64,000 bases of DNA from Hypanus sabinus (taxonomy: Eukaryota), in contig NC_082713.1 in NCBI RefSeq assembly GCF_030144855.1, positions 144,956,001-145,020,000 on the forward strand, written 5' to 3'. The notes under the pieces were generated by a model. The model was given only the letters and a program-made list of their open reading frames with translations. It was not told where the DNA came from and searched no databases. Shown here piece after piece: positions 1 to 12,377 of the stretch (within the stretch, counting starts at the first letter, position 1; every line of letters begins with the position of its first letter). Position numbers and translations under genes: made by a program.

Positions 1-54
1 TATTAAAAGCCTATCGTTCACTTCCAGTCTCCTAGAGTTATTGATGGTGCATCA
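1..54 (+). mobile_element. 3' end of a short LTR (same family as 34539-34752)
   Basis: Ends GAGTTATTGATGGTGCATCA, identical to the end of the solo LTR at 34733-34752. Confidence 0.75.
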
Positions 55-1330
55 ACCCCCATCAGAGTGACTGCACCCTTCCTATTCTTGAGTTCTACCA
101 TATATATTCAATGGACAAGTCCTCTCTGTATTGTCCCTGATTAGTAGTGCAACACCCCCACCCCTTTTGCTTCTTTCTCAATCTTTTCTAAAACATCGAA
201 ACCCTGTAAAATTAAGCACCCATTCCGTCCCACTCGCACCAAGTCTCTGTAATGGCCACAACATCATAGCTCCACGTACTGATCATGATCTAAGTTCATC
301 ACCATAATGCACCTAACATTCAAATACACATGCTTCAAACTATCTGTCCTTTCATATCTATTAATTTGCTCCTGTCCATTTTTACTGGCCTAGCCATCCC
401 TCCATTTTCTGACAGTGCTCTGGTTCCCAACCCTCTGCCAAACTAGTTTCAATCATCTCAAGCATCCCTAGCATACCTCCTGGCCTGGATGTTGGTTCGC
501 TTCCAGTTTACATGCAACCCATTACTCTTGTACAGGTCACCCCTGCACCAGAAGTTTCAATGATTCAAGAACCTGAAACCCTGCCCCCTGCACCAGTTCC
601 TCAGCCACTCATTCATTAGTACTATAATCCTATTTCTGCCATGACACTGGGAGTACTCCAGAGTTTATACCTTGGAGGTCCTGCTCTTCAGCTTGTTTCC
701 TAACTCCCTATACTCTGTACCTTTTCTCCCTTTCTATCCATGTCATTGGTGCCCATGTGCACCACCACTTCTGGCTGCTCATCCTCCCCCTTGAAAATAG
801 TCTGCAGTCACTCTAAGGCATCCTGTAACCTAGCACCTGGGAGGCAACACACTGTCCTGGCTTCTCTTTCTCAGCCACAGAATCCCCTGAACTATCGAGT
901 CTCCTATCACTATTGCTCTGCCTGTCCTTACCCTTCCCAGTTGAGCCTCAGAGCTGACCATAGTACCATTGGCCTGGGTCCTGCTGCTCCACCCTAATAG
1001 GCCCTAATACCCCTCAGCAGTATGCAAAAGCATATACTTGTTGCTGAGGGGAATGGCAATGGGGGAGCTGTGCACTGACTGCTTAGTCTTCGGCTGGTGG
1101 TCACCCACCTTCTACCTGAAGTCTCGTGAAAGCTTTATCTATGAGGTATTCAGCATCTCAGATGGCTCCAGCTCCAGTTCCTTGGCCTTATCAGCCAGGA
1201 GCTGAGGTTGGGTGCACTCTCTGCAGATATAGTTATCAGGAAGATTGTCAGCTACCCTGAAATCCCACATTTTACAGGAGCATTCCACCACCTTAACCAT
1301 TCTGCCTATACTTGAACTAAGGACTAAGGA
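55..1330 (-). mobile_element. Degenerate CR1 LINE 5' region (ORF1 esterase / start of endonuclease)
   Basis: Decayed sequence resembling CR1 ORF1 and the start of ORF2. It is similar to the CR1 ORF1 remnant at 60300-60700. Confidence 0.6.
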
Positions 1331-1639
1331 TTTACAGACAACATTTTAAAAAGTTTCTTCTGTTCTTACCCATGCCTTCTCCCTGAAACCTTTTGAGTTT
1401 TGCACTCATCTAAGTCACTTTCTCAGCCTTTTCTTACGGAGCTTGGGCTCCAACTTCTCAAGCCCAAGTTCCACAAAGAAAACAATTCAGCATCCTTAGT
1501 CTCCACCCGTTCAGAATCAAGTTTGTTATCACTGGCATGTGTCGTGAAATTTGTTCATTTCTCGCCAAAGCCTGACCACTCTAACACTGCTCCACTCCAA
1601 CAATGGCAACTTCACTTGCACCTCCCTACTTTTTATTGA

Positions 1640-1910
1640 CTAAGATAAAACTTATTCCTGGTGAAACTTGTTCTTTTCAAATGGCCCCTGCCCGGCAACA
1701 ATGTCTCTTTTCCACTTGCTAATTCAAGTAATAACTCCCTTCCAATCAGATTCATTATTTTCAAATGGCTCTCCCCCCACCCACCTTGCAATGATGTTGG
1801 TCTCTCCCTCACTAATTCAAAGAATGATTCACTCCTGATGAGACCTGTTCTTTTTAAATGGCTCCCACCCTGCGACAATGCCTCTTTCTCACTTGCTACT
1901 TCAAAGAAAT
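1640..1910. repeat. Imperfect tandem triplication (~85-95 bp unit)
   Basis: Three copies of TTTT(C/T)AAATGGC...CAATG...TCTC...CT(A)(A/C)TTCAA start near 1675, 1758 and 1852. Confidence 0.6.
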
Positions 1911-3095
1911 TGTTCTGACATGTGGACTATCTATTACAGGTACCTTGCGGCTCCAAGGGGTTAAGAAAAATTCCATTCCTGTAAATTCCTCCAAGTCCTC
2001 TGGCAGAATAAGTAGACCAATATCAGCATTTGCACCTAGTACTGAGGCCACGGTGACGATTGGTTCTGAGGGGTAGGTCACATTGTTTAAAAGCTCAATA
2101 CTAGACTCCAAAAATAGTCTCAACAGGTGGAAAACATTCAATAATGGTTTCAAAGCCAGGTCTGTGGAATCGAGGAGGTCAATATCAATTGCTGTGTAGA
2201 AAATATGAAAAACTGTAGATCAAATAGATCAAAGACAAGGGGGAATTGGTAGAATTAGTTGGGAATTCAATGGAAAAATACTAAAGAATATTGCGGTCTC
2301 GAATGGACCTCTTGAAGCCAGAAAACTTTATTATACTTAAAACCTATCTTTGATTTAGATCTGGGAATTAATTATGAAATCAGTCAGTTTAGTTTTTCTG
2401 TATCAGCCTGGACGTACTGCCAAATGGCTTCCTTCTGAACCCTGAATTTCTCTATTGGGTATTGGTTGTAGTTTCAGACTCATGAATTTGACCTTGGTGC
2501 TCATTTTGAAACTAGAAGATGCATTATACTTTCTACCCAAATTTCTTTTTAATCCCAAATGTGTCAGAGAGCTACTAAATGTAACATAAAAGGAGATTGG
2601 TTTGGAACATCTATTCTTTATGTCTTGGGTCCAAGTAGTTCCATAGAAATTTCATTTATGCAATTTTATTTCTATAGATCTTAAAAGATTTTATTCTAAT
2701 GTTAATTTCCTCACAACTTTGTAGAAGATCAAGGACTCTGAACTTAATGCCTTGCTTTATTACAATCCCAAGTTATCCTGACCCATCAAAGCAGCCCCGA
2801 CAGTCTCTTGGTGCCTGACTGTGGTTTGATTAAAGCCTTTTTCATGTCAAAGTAATCAAAATTATCCATTTATGGATCAATGACAATGATTACTTTAATA
2901 GGAAAATATGAGAATTAACTAATGTGTCTAGGAGCATGATATAAAAATGTTTAGTATAGACAGTGTGAATTTAATTTCACAATTCTAGAAACATTCTGAG
3001 TTCCTACTGTGAATATTTCTTGAATACAAGTCCAGATGGGACAAATTTTCTCCCTCAAATAATTTACCAGGTGCACTGAAAAGCCAAGCGTCAGT

Positions 3096-3258
3096 TTATT
3101 TCCCTACTTTTCTTATTCCCTTCTCTGAGGTGGGGTTGTGCAGGAAAACTGTTTCTAAGGAAGCTTTTTTGCTGCTCGATATTGTGGATTTTATGTTGGT
3201 TTCCTTTTCATCGGGAATATTACAGCAAGGTAGTAAATGTGGAATCCTGGAAAGATGC
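3096..3258 (-). CDS. TEX52: TEX52 probable last coding exon
   Basis: TTTCTTTCTTACAG| acceptor is phase-compatible with the phase-2 donor at 5568, giving V-HLSRIPHLLPCC...KVGK-stop. Confidence 0.7.
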
Positions 3259-3529
3259 CTGTAAGAAAGAAACAACATTTTAAGGGAAGTTTTTCTTAAT
3301 AACTTATTCAGCATCTTCAATAACTTCTGGCCATGGTAAGAATTTGAGACCGTGTTCTAGCTCTGCAAAGCTAACCACCTCAGAGTGCAACAAGGAGCAA
3401 AGAAGCCAAAGGACCTTCTTGAGCTACCTTCCACCACTCCTCCGTGTTTAGTAAAGGCATCTGGTATCAAAATATTACAATATACACATCTAGCAGATGT
3501 CAATAAAAGACAAAGTTCATAAGTATTTA

Positions 3530-4227
3530 CGAGGGGTGATTGATAAGTTCTTGGCCTAAGGTAGAAGGAGAAAGTTTGAAGTTAATAACTCATCAGGGGT
3601 GATTGATAAGTTCATGGCCTAAGGTAGATAGGCATCTGTTAGTCTCGTGATACCATGGATTTGCGCTTTGGAAGGTTTCCAGGGTGCAGGCCTGGGCAGG
3701 GTTGTATGGGAAACCGGCAGTTGCCCATGTTTGCAAGCTTTCCCCTCTTCACGCCACTGATGTTGTCCAAGGGAAGGGCACTAGGACCCATGCAGCTTAG
3801 CACCGGTGATGTCGTAGAGCAATGTGTGGTTAAGTGCCTTGCTCAAGGACACAAACACGCTGCCTCAGCTGAGGTTCGAACCAGTGACCTTCAAATCACT
3901 AGACCGATGCCTTATCCACTAGGCCACGTGCCTAAGGTAGAAGGAGATGAGTTATTAACTTCAAACTTTCTGCATAATCACTCTAAGAGTTGAACTGCAT
4001 GTGCATGTAACAAGAGCTGTATAACTCATCTCCTTCTAACTTAGGCCACAAACTTGTCAATCACCACTGCTGTGGACGCTTTATGGAGGTCCAAGATCCA
4101 TTATGCTCTACGATCGCTGGACTAAGTGTGTAAATGTAGGAAGGGACTATGTTGAAAAATAAATGTGCTAGGTTTTCTAAAATTGACTCCTTCCTCCTTA
4201 AGCCACAAACTTATCAATCACTCCTTG
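3530..4227 (+). mobile_element. Mariner-derived MITE with internal TIR copies
   Basis: About 40-bp TIRs (CGAGGGGTGATTGATAAGTT... / ...AACTTATCAATCACTCCTTG) flanked by TA at 3528-3529 and 4228-4229. A remnant transposase C-terminus WTKCVNV/GDYVEK* sits at about 4118-4162. Confidence 0.85.
3629..3929 (-). mobile_element. tRNA-derived SINE nested in the MITE
   Basis: Pol III A box TGGCCTAGTGG and B box GGTTCGAAC on the minus strand. Perfect 12-bp TSD GCCTAAGGTAGA at 3617-3628 and 3930-3941. Confidence 0.9.
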
Positions 4228-5567
4228 TATATCTAAACCTCATGAACTAAATTAACTAGAAACACACACTGCACCAGAGTATTAATTCCTCAAGATTATG
4301 GAAATCAAATTTTAGCACATTTCATTATGAATTGTTTACTCTTGTGTAATTAATGACCAGCTTTGTTAGAATGCTAGGTTACCCGGTTCCGTCAGGGTAA
4401 CTCTGTGTTCTTGTGGTTTGATAAAGTGTGTTCACAACAATTTAATGCAAAGAAAGGCTACTTTAATGGAAAATAACTAGTATTAATTAATACATCTTGG
4501 AAGCCTGAGATTTCTTTCCTCTCTCAGTCATGACCAGCAGTATTCTTTACAAGGGGCACAAATACCACCGAATAATGTATATTTCTGTAACTGCAGAAAT
4601 GCGCAGTTTCAAACATACAAAAGTTGTACATAAAAATAACTTTTATTGGCATTTCACAGCCACAAATTATTCTGTTAATGAAATACATTTGATAGACAAA
4701 ATAACAAAATATTCTTTAAATGGTAAAATAATAGTAATTGGTGTAGAGCAAGACTCCTGTAGGTTGAATCATAAAACACAAGCATTTCAGAAAGCAAGTG
4801 TTTAACTTCAAAAGGATTAGATTATGTGTCAAATTCTCTTATAACTCACTCTGTGAACATGCATATAGCCCTAGATTCTGTGCATGCATGTTCCAAGTAT
4901 GGGTTTCAACAAAATCCAGTGTTGCTTTGGAAACATTGGATCATAGACTTGCAAGTTTGACTTGTGAGATGATGGGTTTGCCTTATGAAGAGAGATTCAG
5001 CAAGACCAGACTTAGAATGAAAGAAAATCTCATTGGAACTTCTTATGTACACCATCAGTCATGGATTTTTTTTTCATTGGCGGCTATAATATAGTGGTTA
5101 CTAGGTGATACAAGGACTTGCAGTCAGCAAGATTACCAGGGCCACAACTTAGACATTCCTACTCTTCCTTTGCCTCAGGGATAGAGAGAATTGATGCTGA
5201 GAGGGGATGAGAGGGTCAAACCAAGGAGGGTCAGACATTTAGGAATGAAGTGAAGAGAAATTCTTCACTTGGGGTGCTGTACAAGCTTTGGATACTGTAG
5301 GCCAAGGTCTCTAAGTGATTGTTACATAAATTTAAGACATGTAAATCTTATACACAAAGAATCCAGGGGATTAGGAAAGAATGCGGATTTGAGGAATACA
5401 TCATATTGAATAGGAGAGTAGGTTGATGGGGCCACACAGACTTCATCTGTGCTGTTCTGTGATTTTTCATGTTACAGAAGTATCATTGTTAAATAGACCA
5501 CAGAGGAATAAATGCTACAAGGAAAAATTACTTTATAAAGAAATCTGACAAATGCAATTTAACTTAC

Positions 5568-6196
5568 ACTTTTATATTTTCTGGGGGGATTATATTTCCA
5601 TGGATGTCAATTGGCGGCATTCTATTTTCACTCTTTATCTTTAACTTCCTATAATGTTCCTGCTCTTTTTCCAACAAGGTAATTGTTCTTTCCTTCCCCT
5701 GTAAATCAATGTACAGGTTGCCACAGGAAAGAAATCGCAACCAATTGTTCTCCCTCATTCTTGAAGGAGGTGGAATGGATATTGGAAATAGTGAAGCAAT
5801 CAGTTTAGGAAAATGTTTTTGGTCAATATTCGCATGATGTTCAAGATTTTGGGAGACATAACATCTCCAGATATTACTGTTGTACTCTCTGTCTGTCCTG
5901 TCAGGGAAGATGGGAGCAAAGCTTCCGATATCTAGCCAATCTTGAAAGCTCGGTGAGGGACATTTGCCCTGCAGAGAAGCATTCAACCTCCGCGAGAACT
6001 CAGTTATCACATCTTCGTGTGGAGGTGAATGCAATGCGAGTCTTTGCTCTGCCCTGGGGTAAAATCCAGTCAATTTTGCATGCTTATCTGGAAATAGATG
6101 TTCTCTCTCTGCACGCGTAGGCAGTTTTGCATTTGATGTCGAATACTTGTCACGTGGCTTCCAGGAAGGCTGGATCTGTAACATTTGGAAAGAACT
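5568..6196 (-). CDS. TEX52: TEX52 (testis-expressed protein 52) main coding exon
   Basis: Motifs FQDWLDIG..PDRTDREYNSNIWR, IPPPSRMRENNWLRF and KLKIKSENRMPPIDIHGNIIPP match TEX52 as I recall it. Position directly downstream of FOXM1 matches human. Acceptor at 6196, ATG at 6184, donor GT|GTAAGT after 5568. The start codon is uncertain. Confidence 0.85.
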
Positions 6197-6850
6197 CTGG
6201 TCAGAGTGGGGTAAAAGAATAAAGTGACATTTGGCTGGGAGCTCAAGTCATGCCTTGTCTCTTCCATTTTGCTGCTCGGTCTGCCTTGTCCTGAAGGCAT
6301 CTTCAACTCATGGCCTGGCAGAGTTAAAAGGACTTTGACCAAAGGAAAATGAACAAGCTGACTAGGTGAAGTTAACTATCAGCAACCTTAGGGGAAAAAA
6401 AAACCTTTTGGCATAGTAGTAAATGGCAATTGTATTGGTGCACATTTAACATTATACACTGTCCATTTAGTCTAGGGCAGATAGACCATCATACTTAAGC
6501 TAGTTTACTCTAGACACATAAACCATCATACACTGTCCACTGTTTACACCAGGTCACATATGCCACCAGTCACGAGCACTGTTAACAGTGGTGCATGTCG
6601 TCTGGTTAATTATTAAGACTTATTCGCTTAACCTACATTTTATTCTTGGGGAGAATGATTTTAATTAAGCATGGTCAGTGCCCATTGCTGAAGGTTACTG
6701 TTCATTTGTTCAGCCTTTCTGCAAGGTAACACAGTAGAAATAAAAATTACCCTATAATTTGGAAGGCATTTATAAAGCTTCTCTTTTGCCTTTTGCCCCT
6801 CCCTCTCTCTTATTCCGGTATAGATTGCTTTCATTTCCTCTCTGCATTAT

Positions 6851-6942
6851 GTTTCCTTGTAACTTTCATCAGGGCCTGTTTCCCTATTGCTAAAAATGGC
6901 AGCAGTGTGTTGCTTAGTGACCCGGAGATGTGTGATGTCACA
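6851..6942. promoter_or_regulatory. Putative TEX52 germ-cell promoter (RFX X-boxes + CRE-like site)
   Basis: GTTTCCTTGTAAC (6851-6863) and GTTGCTTAGTGAC (6909-6921) resemble X-boxes. TGATGTCA (6933-6940) is CRE-like. The cluster lies about 0.7 kb upstream of the TEX52 coding exon. Confidence 0.45.
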
Positions 6943-9900
6943 GAGTGATGTTACTCATCACTGCTCAGAGAGTGTCAGAGGTGAACAAACATGTACAATT
7001 CCTCTTTGATGCTTCCAGAACATGAGCAGGGATGATAACTTGCTCAGTTGAATTTCATTCCTATTCCTTCACTTCTAGACAAGGCAGAGTCCTAGTGCAA
7101 TTTCTGCTGCCTGGCGCTATCAGAATCACATCAGAAGTAAATGGATTTTTTAAATTGTCGAGAGGCCCTTAAGAATACAAGGCAAGTATGACACTGGGTT
7201 CATTTAAAACCGGCATTCTGAAGACTAGTCTTTGAAGCCGAAGTGAAATGCAAAGGAGCCTAACCTAAACTTTGTACTTCCATTGCAAGCACCATTACTG
7301 CTTCCGGACTGGGTCATACACTGCAGCTGTCTGGATATATTAAATTCTACAACTTCAGATAATTGCTTTATATCAAAACTGAGCTGTACATCTATAATAA
7401 TTGATTTGGCTTTTCCATTACCTCTATAGCTCTGCATTTCCACAACTTTTAGGTTAATTTGTGTTCATATTCTTTAACTCTCATTTCATTGCTTTCATTT
7501 TTCTCTTGCTCTGACTTAATTCAACAAGTCATTTAAACCTTATTTCCACAGCAATCGTGGGCTCACCTTCGAGGTGTTCCCTCTGTCCTATCCATCCCTC
7601 CCTACCCTTTTTGCAACTTAAAACAAAATTAGTATCTCCCTTTCCATGTTCTGACAATGGATCTTCAACCCAAAACATTACCTCTGTTCCTCTTCCTACA
7701 GACCTACTGAGATGTTGTTCCTTCTCGTGCCTTTGTGGTGTATTGGACAGCAACCGTTTCTTTAGCATTTTTCTCTGTTTTTACAAGGTCGAGTTGCTGG
7801 CTTGATGCTCAACCCAGCATGGTTGGAAAGCGTGCAAGGAGCTGACTGTGATCACTTGCCTTGAAGTCTCGTGTGGTTGCCTCCACACCAGCAGCGGGCC
7901 TACTGAGTGTTTGCAGCATCTTCTGTTTTTATTACTCATTGGTATTTTTATTTCAAGTTTCTTAATTTTAGTTCATTCTTTGGAGTGAATTTCTCCCTAC
8001 AAATAGCAGAAGGTTGAAAATAGGAACAGCTTTATGTTTGGAAAGAAAAGCAGAGACTCCTTAATACAATTAGGGTAAATTATTTTTATTGCCATTCAAT
8101 TACTGTACAGCAGTTTATTCACCAATTACAGGATTGTTAGCACGTCCAATGTCACAATGAACTGCTTATACTTCTATAAGAAGCCCAGGGCACAGACTGT
8201 GTTCTTTCTATTAAGGTGCATTGACTGAGCCTGGATTATATACAAGTAATATAACATGGAATATTTACAAAGACTGCATTGGAAAACACTGTATAGTTCA
8301 TAATTTACAACTATTGTTGCTGTTGCATGATCTGTTGACCCAGTTGTGGGAATGTTTGACCAAAATTATTGATATTGCATATTCTGGTCTGCACTTACAG
8401 AAAGAAAGGAGTTACAGTAGTTCACTGATATTTTGGGATGCAAAGTGGGAACAGATTACAATTATTTTTAAAATGCGCACACACACACACACTCACATGC
8501 ATCTACTGTTCAATGTGATCCTTAGATAAATGGACACTTTCAATTAGTTAACCACTGATATCTGCATATACCTTGATCATATACATAGGTACTCAAAGGA
8601 AAAATGTAACCAATAGTGTTGCTGACAGGTTGATACAAATGATAACACAATCTTAAAATGGTTTTGATCCTGATATCACTGTCTTGATCAACTACAAAAT
8701 CAAAACTTAACTATCCTGTGTTATGGACTCCCTCGTCACGTGGAAAGAAAAAAAATGCAGATGTGAAAGACTTTCCCATCAAAAAATTATTTCTAAAAGG
8801 ATATTTTTAAATTGAATAACCTCAGCAATATACAGCTTTCAATCAGGTGTCCCATTAAATTAAGAAAATACTCTAGATACATACAACATGCTGCTTGTTT
8901 GCAATGTGCATACTTTGCACTGCTACAATGAAAGTTTTGTATAAATGTCTAATTTTGGAAAAAGATTTTATGGTGCACAATACTGGGAAACATCCAAGAT
9001 CTGTAAACAGTGATCAATATGCGGTGAACATGCAGAAAAGAAATTCAGCTTAGTGATGAGATTTGCAGGGCTCTCTCTCTCTTATATATAAAAGCCTTCC
9101 TCGGAAATGAATAAAGATGAAAACTTAAAGGGAAGAAATCAGCAATGTCAAGAAGCAGGTGCTTAGCTTAACATTTAAACCAAAGAATAGAATACCACAT
9201 GAAGAAGTGCAAGGCGGGGCAATGCCAGAGGCTGAAGAAGATCGGTGCTTTAATTTTACTCAAGAAATAGCAAGGGCGGCCAGGAGACAGGTGGTATTAA
9301 AATAGAATGTAATCCATAAAGAGCAGGAATCAATAAGTTTGGTGGGTTTGGACTGCATGTTGTCAGATGCATTAAGCATGAAAAGGACTGCTGTCTTGAA
9401 AGTACAAGCTGTCACACTGTAGTAGTAATAACAAGTACCAGGATCTAAGGAAGGGAGACATTGCTGGCCATATTTTATAATGGTGAGAAAGAAGGAAGAT
9501 TATGAATGAAGTGGATACATTGATCAAGGTAAATAGGCTGAGTTTTGAAAAGTGATGACCAATAACATTTTCTAATAAATAGTGTAAGATTGGTTTGAAA
9601 GGCGGTGCCAAAAAGGAACATCTTCCTTGAATTGGCATTGTCGATGTATTAAGTTAAAATTTTTGCATCATTCTTCACTAAGCAGGATGTTGTCAATTGT
9701 CATTGTCAATTGACAAAAAAAAACCTGAAATTGAATCCTAATATTCAAAATGCAATTTCTTAAAAGGCTGGAAGACACAAATTACCTGGTCCAAATCCTA
9801 GTTTGCTGAGGAAAATAGGGAGGTGTAAATGGCAGATACTCTGACCACATCATTCAATTCTCCTTGGATATGGGAACAGTGCTTGTGGATGAGAGGATGC

Positions 9901-11525
9901 AAATGTTAAAAAAAGGGATAAATCTATATGACAGATAGTCTGGAGAACATAATCTAATTTATCTGAGAAAACAGATTAATTACCGACAGCCAACATAGAT
10001 AATGAAAAGCAAGTCACACCTGATAAACGTGATTGGAATCATTCAATCAATTAGCAGAGACATTGAAGCGAGTCCCCCTCGAAGACTTGCATTGGTGCAC
10101 ACAAATGTCAATCACTGAACTGGTTTATAAAATGATTTAGAAAATTCACAAGGCAGTTCCTCATGCTAAACGCATGTTAAAGGCCACGACAACAATCCAG
10201 GATGAGAAAATATTTGAATACTTCAGCTAAGATAAAGAATGTTCCATTTGGCAAGTGGGAGAGTAATGAGCCTTTGATCACAAAAAGAGGCCGCAAGTCA
10301 AGTCTCATAGAAAACCTTGACCTCAAGTCCCTAGTACAACAATGCCACCTGTCTTCAGGGATACCTTGAGCTGCTCTTGTACAATGCTTCATGAATTAAT
10401 CTAAATTATTAACTATTAAAGTGTTTAATAGTAAAATATTGTTCACATTCACCAGATTAATCTGAACCAAATCACACATTTAAAACAGAACTTCAATGAT
10501 GCATACTCAAGCCATAGTTTAAACGTTTATACAAGATCATTTACAAGCCAGGCACACGCAGTTCTCTTCTCCAATCAAGAAGGGATGATCTTGGTATTGG
10601 TGAGCAGATACTGAATAATCTGAAATGAAAATCTCACACACTTATTAAATTTTGCTTTCCTTCTCGAAAGAAACTGTAAATTCAGCCGTCTAAAATAACG
10701 GAAAATCGGAAATCTGCGCTGATCACCAGTCTAAGCTCAGAACATTAACATCAGGTGCTAAATGATGTCAAGGCTCTTTTGTTAATACTGTTAAAAAAAA
10801 CAGGGGCTAGAACTGAATGTAATCAGCTATTAACATCAGTCTCTGAGATACAGATAACTCACACAAACACTGATCAACTATGACTTGTCAGCATTATCTC
10901 AAATCTTACAAATCAGACATTAACCTTCAACTCAGAACTTCACCGAAACCAGGAAGGTCATTGCTCATCCTGCCGGAACCCTTTTTATTAAAAGGCTTCC
11001 ATTCCCCTTATAAATTTCCGTTATATTTTAATAGTGTATTTACAAAACATTATATACAAAAGTTTGACATCCCCTGAGAGGCATCTAATATCAAGAACAA
11101 CAGCAGTATCAGAAAGTCTGGTGGACAGCTACAGAATGCAATGGTAGAAAAGTCACAAGGCCATTTGAAAGTGGCCCGTGGTCCTGGTGTCTATAAAGGC
11201 AAAGCAGCATTAAACATATTACAATCATACATCAAAAATATTACTTTATGTGAACTGCTCCATGGACATGTGCAAAAGATAGTACACAGGTAACAGTGAA
11301 CAGTGATTAATCGAGTTACAGTAAGCACAGCCCAGATAGGAAAAGAACCAAGTATTCACAGATCAGGGCACTGGAAACCAAAGGTTTAGCTATGAACCAA
11401 CATTTTGCCCAAGAGTCTAGTAGAGGTTGATTTTTCTAAATTTTAAGCTGTTAATTGAACCAGCTTGAAGTTAATTATGAAGAAACTATTTAAACAGCAA
11501 GATCCTCTGTCCATCACAAACCTAT

Positions 11526-12377
11526 TTATCTCAGATCTGGGATTAGTGTTGACAAGCTCATGTTTCCAAGTTCATAGTCCTCCTCCTCGAGGCCCGTGAA
11601 GCTGATGTCCAGCAATATTTTACTGAGGCTGTCATTCAGGGTGTCTAAGACCAATCCTTCAGTCAGAGATCTGTTTATTGACGTGTTACCATTTACATTT
11701 ACTTGAAGCCTTCGGGAACATTTGTCCTCCAGAAGTGGGGAGGCACTTGCATCTGGCACAAGGTCCTTAACTGGAGAGTTTAATAGCTCATGCGGCGATT
11801 CAAAGAGAGCAAATTCCTTATAAGGTGTACTGCTAAGACTCAGGTAGCCTGTGTTATTCTGCAATGGTGTAAAGAAGGAACTAAGAGGAGTCCTCACAGG
11901 ACTGAACTCAAATAAACTATCATCTTTTTTCAAAGGGGTCCAACCATTGGCCACAGTGACAGGAGAGCTTCTACTGGTGCTTTTACTGGGTGTGGAAGAA
12001 GCTGGCAGATCACGGGGCTTCTCCTTGATAGGCGTTTTGAAGTTATAATCCATGGCATTGCTAGAAACATTTGGGCATTGGTCCAGGTTTTGAGATTCGT
12101 GGAACGCTGACATATCTGATACAAGTCCCGAATCCAATCCAGTCTCTGCTACAGGCTCACTGACTCCTGGGAACAAGAGAACAGGCTCCTCCACAGGCTG
12201 AAGGATGTGCTTCTGCTTCCGTCTGGAGCTGCTCTCCTTGGACGCTTCGCAGAGTTTTGCTGCTGCAGAACTTTCATGCACTTCACTCACGGGTGGCGTT
12301 GCCTGAACCAGGAGTGGAGTCTCAGAGTGCTTTAGTGAAGTCAAAGGTTGATTACAGCTCACCATATCATTTGTTAC
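11526..12377 (-). CDS. FOXM1: FOXM1 last exon (transactivation domain)
   Basis: TTTAG|GTAACA starts VTNDM. Contains RRKQ, FKTPIK, SSTPSK and other S/T-P CDK sites, plus LVLDTLNDSLSKILLDISF (PLK1/TAD motif). Ends at a TAA stop. Confidence 0.96.
   Translation of the reverse strand, partial: VTNDMVSCNQPLTSLKHSETPLLVQATPPVSEVHESSAAAKLCEASKESSSRRKQKHILQPVEEPVLLFPGVSEPVAETGLDSGLVSDMSAFHESQNLDQCPNVSSNAMDYNFKTPIKEKPRDLPASSTPSKSTSRSSPVTVANGWTPLKKDDSLFEFSPVRTPLSSFFTPLQNNTGYLSLSSTPYKEFALFESPHELLNSPVKDLVPDASASPLLEDKCSRRLQVNVNGNTSINRSLTEGLVLDTLNDSLSKILLDISFTGLEEEDYELGNMSLSTLIPDLR

Noticed and set aside
1896-2760. ORF 1896-2153 as an exon of a neighbouring gene (e.g. NRIP2)
   Set aside because: No recognisable similarity. 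It looks more like degraded L1 ORF1/ORF2 debris, but is too decayed to call confidently.
3860-3932. tRNA-like sequence with A and B boxes
   Set aside because: It is the head of a SINE bounded by TSDs, not a tRNA gene.
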